Source of the DNA: an uncultured Candidatus Saccharibacteria bacterium
GTDB taxonomy: Bacteria; Patescibacteriota; Minisyncoccia; Phycocordibacterales; UBA10002
DNA: 34,196 bases
Reading direction: 5' to 3'
NCBI GenBank assembly: GCA_964579985.1
Contig: CAZOIN010000074.1
Span: forward strand, 1 to 34,196
In this document: positions 32,053 to 34,196 of the stretch, one piece after another
Numbering within the stretch: position 1 is the first letter of the stretch
Layout: each line of letters opens with the position of its first letter
The notes under the pieces: generated by a model
Seen by the model: the letters and a program-made list of their open reading frames with translations, nothing else
Told to the model about the DNA's origin: nothing
Database searches by the model: none
Program-made: the position numbers and the translations under genes

Positions 32053-33048
32053 GTGGATAATGGATTTTGGGAAAAATTGAAGAAACCGATCATGGCACTC
32101 GCGCCGATGGCGAATGTCACCGACGCGGCGTTTCGGCGGATCATCGCGAAGTACGGAAAACCGGATGTGATGTTCACCGAGTTTACTTCCGCGGACGGGC
32201 TCATGAGTGCGGGAAGAAAGAATCTTCTTGTTGACTTGATGTATTCCGAAAGCGAACGGCCGATCCTGGCCCAGCTTTTTTCCGGCAACCCGGAAAAGAT
32301 GTACGAAGCGGCTAAACTGGTGAAAGAACTTGGCTTTGACGGACTCGACATCAACATGGGATGCCCCGACCGTTCCATCGAGAAATCAGGGGCCGGTGCT
32401 TGTCTCATAAAAAATCCGAGATTGGCGAGAGAACTTATTCGAGCGGGGAAGGAAGGCTCTGGACTCCCTGTTTCCATAAAAACAAGACTTGGGTATAACA
32501 AGGATATTTTGGAAGAGTGGTTGCCCGAATTGCTCGCTGAAAATCCTGCCGCGATAACATTACACGCGCGTACTCGAAAAGAAATGTCTAAAGTGCCGGC
32601 GAGATGGGAGCGGATCAAACGCGCGGTAGAGATAAGGAACGAGCTTAAGAGCGAGACGCTCATTTTGGGCAACGGCGACGTAATAAATCTTGAGGACGCT
32701 CATCAGAAGGTGAAAGACACTGGAGCTAACGGCGTGATGCTCGGCCGCGCTATCTTCGGGAATCCCTATCTATTCGCCAATTCGCGCGAATTGGAGAATA
32801 ACTCACCGGAGGAAAAAATGGGTCGAAAACTCAAGGTAATGGTGGAGCACACTAAACTGTTCGAGGAACTCTTAGGCGAACACAAGAATTTTGCGATCAT
32901 GAAAAAGCATTTCAAAGCGTATGTTGAAGGATTCGATGGTGCGAAAGAATTGCGAGCAAAACTCATGGAGGCAGAGAATGCTGCCGAGGTGGAGGAGATC
33001 ATTCGAGATTTCCTCAAGGATTTGACTATCCACATCCCTCTTGCGTAA
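32053..33048 (+). CDS. dus: tRNA-dihydrouridine synthase
   Basis: Motifs LAPMANVTDAAFRRI, the catalytic Cys block DINMGCP, VSIKTRLG and ITLHARTR. The start is GTG 32053 or ATG 32092. Confidence 0.9.
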   Translation: MDNGFWEKLKKPIMALAPMANVTDAAFRRIIAKYGKPDVMFTEFTSADGLMSAGRKNLLVDLMYSESERPILAQLFSGNPEKMYEAAKLVKELGFDGLDINMGCPDRSIEKSGAGACLIKNPRLARELIRAGKEGSGLPVSIKTRLGYNKDILEEWLPELLAENPAAITLHARTRKEMSKVPARWERIKRAVEIRNELKSETLILGNGDVINLEDAHQKVKDTGANGVMLGRAIFGNPYLFANSRELENNSPEEKMGRKLKVMVEHTKLFEELLGEHKNFAIMKKHFKAYVEGFDGAKELRAKLMEAENAAEVEEIIRDFLKDLTIHIPLA

Positions 33049-33080
33049 TTTCTGGGAGGTAGTAGCATGAATTAAACACC

Positions 33081-33108
33081 TTGATCCCCACAATTTAACC
33101 CCTATATA
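33081..33108 (+). promoter_or_regulatory. promoter TTGATC-16-TATATA
   Basis: -35 at 33081..33086 and -10 at 33103..33108, 4 nt before ATG 33113. Confidence 0.45.
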
Positions 33109-33112
33109 CCCT

Positions 33113-33388
33113 ATGATTAGCGACATTGACGCTGGATTATACCGACATTCTCGAATTGCTTCGTCTGTCACCTACCTTGATCGTCTTTTATTGGCGGTCT
33201 TTCTGTACCATCCTTTGGCGGTCACTACTACTCTACGTTTACTGCGTGAGCAGGGAATGGAAAATGATGCGATCTCTAATTTTTTTCAAAAACGAGATGC
33301 GTTGCCCCATTCTGCTTTTTGGCAGCAGTGTGAAGTTGCCCAAAAACAAGGAGAACCTACCCTGCGCGCCGTTCTGTTCGCTTCATAA
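33113..33388 (+). CDS. hypothetical protein (91 aa)
   Basis: An ORF framed by a promoter-like element and a strong terminator. No family recognised. The overlapping frame 33126..33404 cannot be excluded. Confidence 0.4.
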   Translation: MISDIDAGLYRHSRIASSVTYLDRLLLAVFLYHPLAVTTTLRLLREQGMENDAISNFFQKRDALPHSAFWQQCEVAQKQGEPTLRAVLFAS

Positions 33389-33410
33389 GGGGCACGCCAA
33401 TTAATCTTAC

Positions 33411-33450
33411 CGAAGGCTGGAGTATTCCTCCTGCCTTCGTTTTCTTTTTT
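33411..33450 (+). terminator. intrinsic terminator
   Basis: Composite hairpin cgaaggc-t-ggag-tattc-ctcc-t-gccttcg followed by a T-rich run (tttctttttt). Confidence 0.75.
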
Positions 33451-33480
33451 ACTTTTACTACCTGGGATATACTATGCGCA

Positions 33481-34196
33481 ATGAGTGAAACCGTCCTATA
33501 TCGAAAATATCGGCCGCAAAGTTTTAAAGAAGTGCTTGGACAGGAGCCTGTCGTGGAAGCGCTCGAGGGCGCGATCAAACTCGGGCGTATTTCGCACGCA
33601 TATTTGTTTTCCGGTTCTCGCGGAACGGGAAAGACTTCCGTCGCCCGCATCCTCGCGAAGGCGCTCGGTACGAGCAGTACCGACCTCTATGAGATAGACG
33701 CGGCGTCCAACCGCGGTATCGACGATATGAGGCTCCTGCGCGAAGGAGTAACCGCAGTGCCGTTCGAATCGAAGTACAAAGTCTATATCATCGATGAGGT
33801 GCATATGCTCACCAAAGAGGCGTGGAGCGCGCTCCTAAAGACGCTTGAAGAGCCGCCAACCCATGTGGTCTTCATTTTAGCGACGACAGAGCTTGAAAAA
33901 GTGCCGGAGACGATCATTTCCCGCTGTCAGACCTTTACCTTCAAGCGTCCGTCGCAAAGAATCCTCAAGGAAACTGCCGAACGGATTTCCAAGAAAGAAG
34001 GATTCGCGATCGAGCCGGCGGCAGCGGAACTTGTGGCGCTCTTAGCTGACGGCTCGTACCGCGATGCGCAGGGAATACTCCAGAAAGCAATGGGAGTTTC
34101 GCCGGATAAAAAGATTACGCTCTCGGAGGTTGAAAAGATAACCGGTTCTCCTAAGGGGGCACTCGTAAATTCCGTCATCGAATCGCTCGAGAAGAA
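33481..34196 (+). CDS. dnaX: DNA polymerase III subunit gamma/tau, N-terminal part (runs off the right edge)
   Basis: Motifs MSETVLYRKYRPQSFKEVLGQE, Walker A GSRGTGKTS, IIDEVHML, TLEEPP and SRCQ. TATACT (33468..33473) lies 7 nt upstream of the ATG. Not in the track because the ORF is open at the window end. Confidence 0.92.
   Translation, partial: MSETVLYRKYRPQSFKEVLGQEPVVEALEGAIKLGRISHAYLFSGSRGTGKTSVARILAKALGTSSTDLYEIDAASNRGIDDMRLLREGVTAVPFESKYKVYIIDEVHMLTKEAWSALLKTLEEPPTHVVFILATTELEKVPETIISRCQTFTFKRPSQRILKETAERISKKEGFAIEPAAAELVALLADGSYRDAQGILQKAMGVSPDKKITLSEVEKITGSPKGALVNSVIESLEK

Noticed and set aside
31974-32672. 5' two-thirds of the 411-aa minus-strand ORF 31437..32672
   Set aside because: This part is antisense to the well-supported dus gene, is S/A/F-rich, and has no motifs. 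Only the portion downstream of ATG 31973 looks like a gene, with TM helices and its own terminator.
33126-33404. 92-aa alternative frame overlapping the 91-aa ORF
   Set aside because: It is Cys/Trp/Leu-rich and starts 13 nt further from the promoter-like element. It is less plausible than 33113..33388 but not strictly excluded.
1-34196. CRISPR array, rRNA genes, transposase or integrase genes, canonical parS (TGTTNCACGTGAAACA)
   Set aside because: None was seen. The tandem repeats present are 7-8 nt words with no unique spacers, so they are not CRISPR. No IS-like ORF or terminal inverted repeats around a transposase were found. My scan for parS by eye found nothing close.

Overview
The window looks like a chromosomal segment from a small-genome bacterium, possibly of the CPR/Patescibacteria type. 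That placement is an inference from a short IF-2, a Rel protein lacking its C-terminal regulatory domains, a DUF5674-like gene, and few Shine-Dalgarno sites. All family assignments come from motif recognition by eye; no searches were run.

Most of the window is housekeeping:
- infB-rbfA followed by tRNA-Cys, tRNA-Leu and a traX-like gene (minus strand)
- DUF4446 gene, cysteine desulfurase, clpB, tRNA-Tyr, an O-methyltransferase, alr
- rpmG (missed by the ORF track), tRNA-Trp, miaA
- tRNA-Leu(CAA), parB, rel, topA, a homoserine-dehydrogenase-like gene, dprA, serS, ftsQ, dus
- the 5' part of dnaX

Three regions look accessory or unusual:
1. A tRNA-bracketed block (13.0-17.5 kb). It holds a DUF5674-like pair, a rifampicin-phosphotransferase-like swivel-His enzyme with no PEP/pyruvate barrel, a hicBA cassette bracketed by a duplicated copy of that enzyme's 3' end, and a histidine phosphatase.
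2. ftsQ followed by a small polytopic membrane protein and a membrane-anchored Hsp100/Clp-like ATPase. Its first AAA+ module is degenerate and both pore-loop tyrosines are replaced.
3. An islet of independently transcribed orphan genes around dus (30.7-33.5 kb). It includes a 29-codon aromatic peptide and an Rmf-like small protein.

Short repeats are scattered throughout: tandem heptamer or octamer words, long intergenic dyads, a 42-bp perfect palindrome, and a 16-bp perfect palindrome present twice. Some sit in frame inside the cysteine desulfurase gene. Many genes begin 4-11 nt downstream of a TATACT-like -10 box, suggesting leaderless mRNAs. No CRISPR array, rRNA gene, transposase or integrase is visible.
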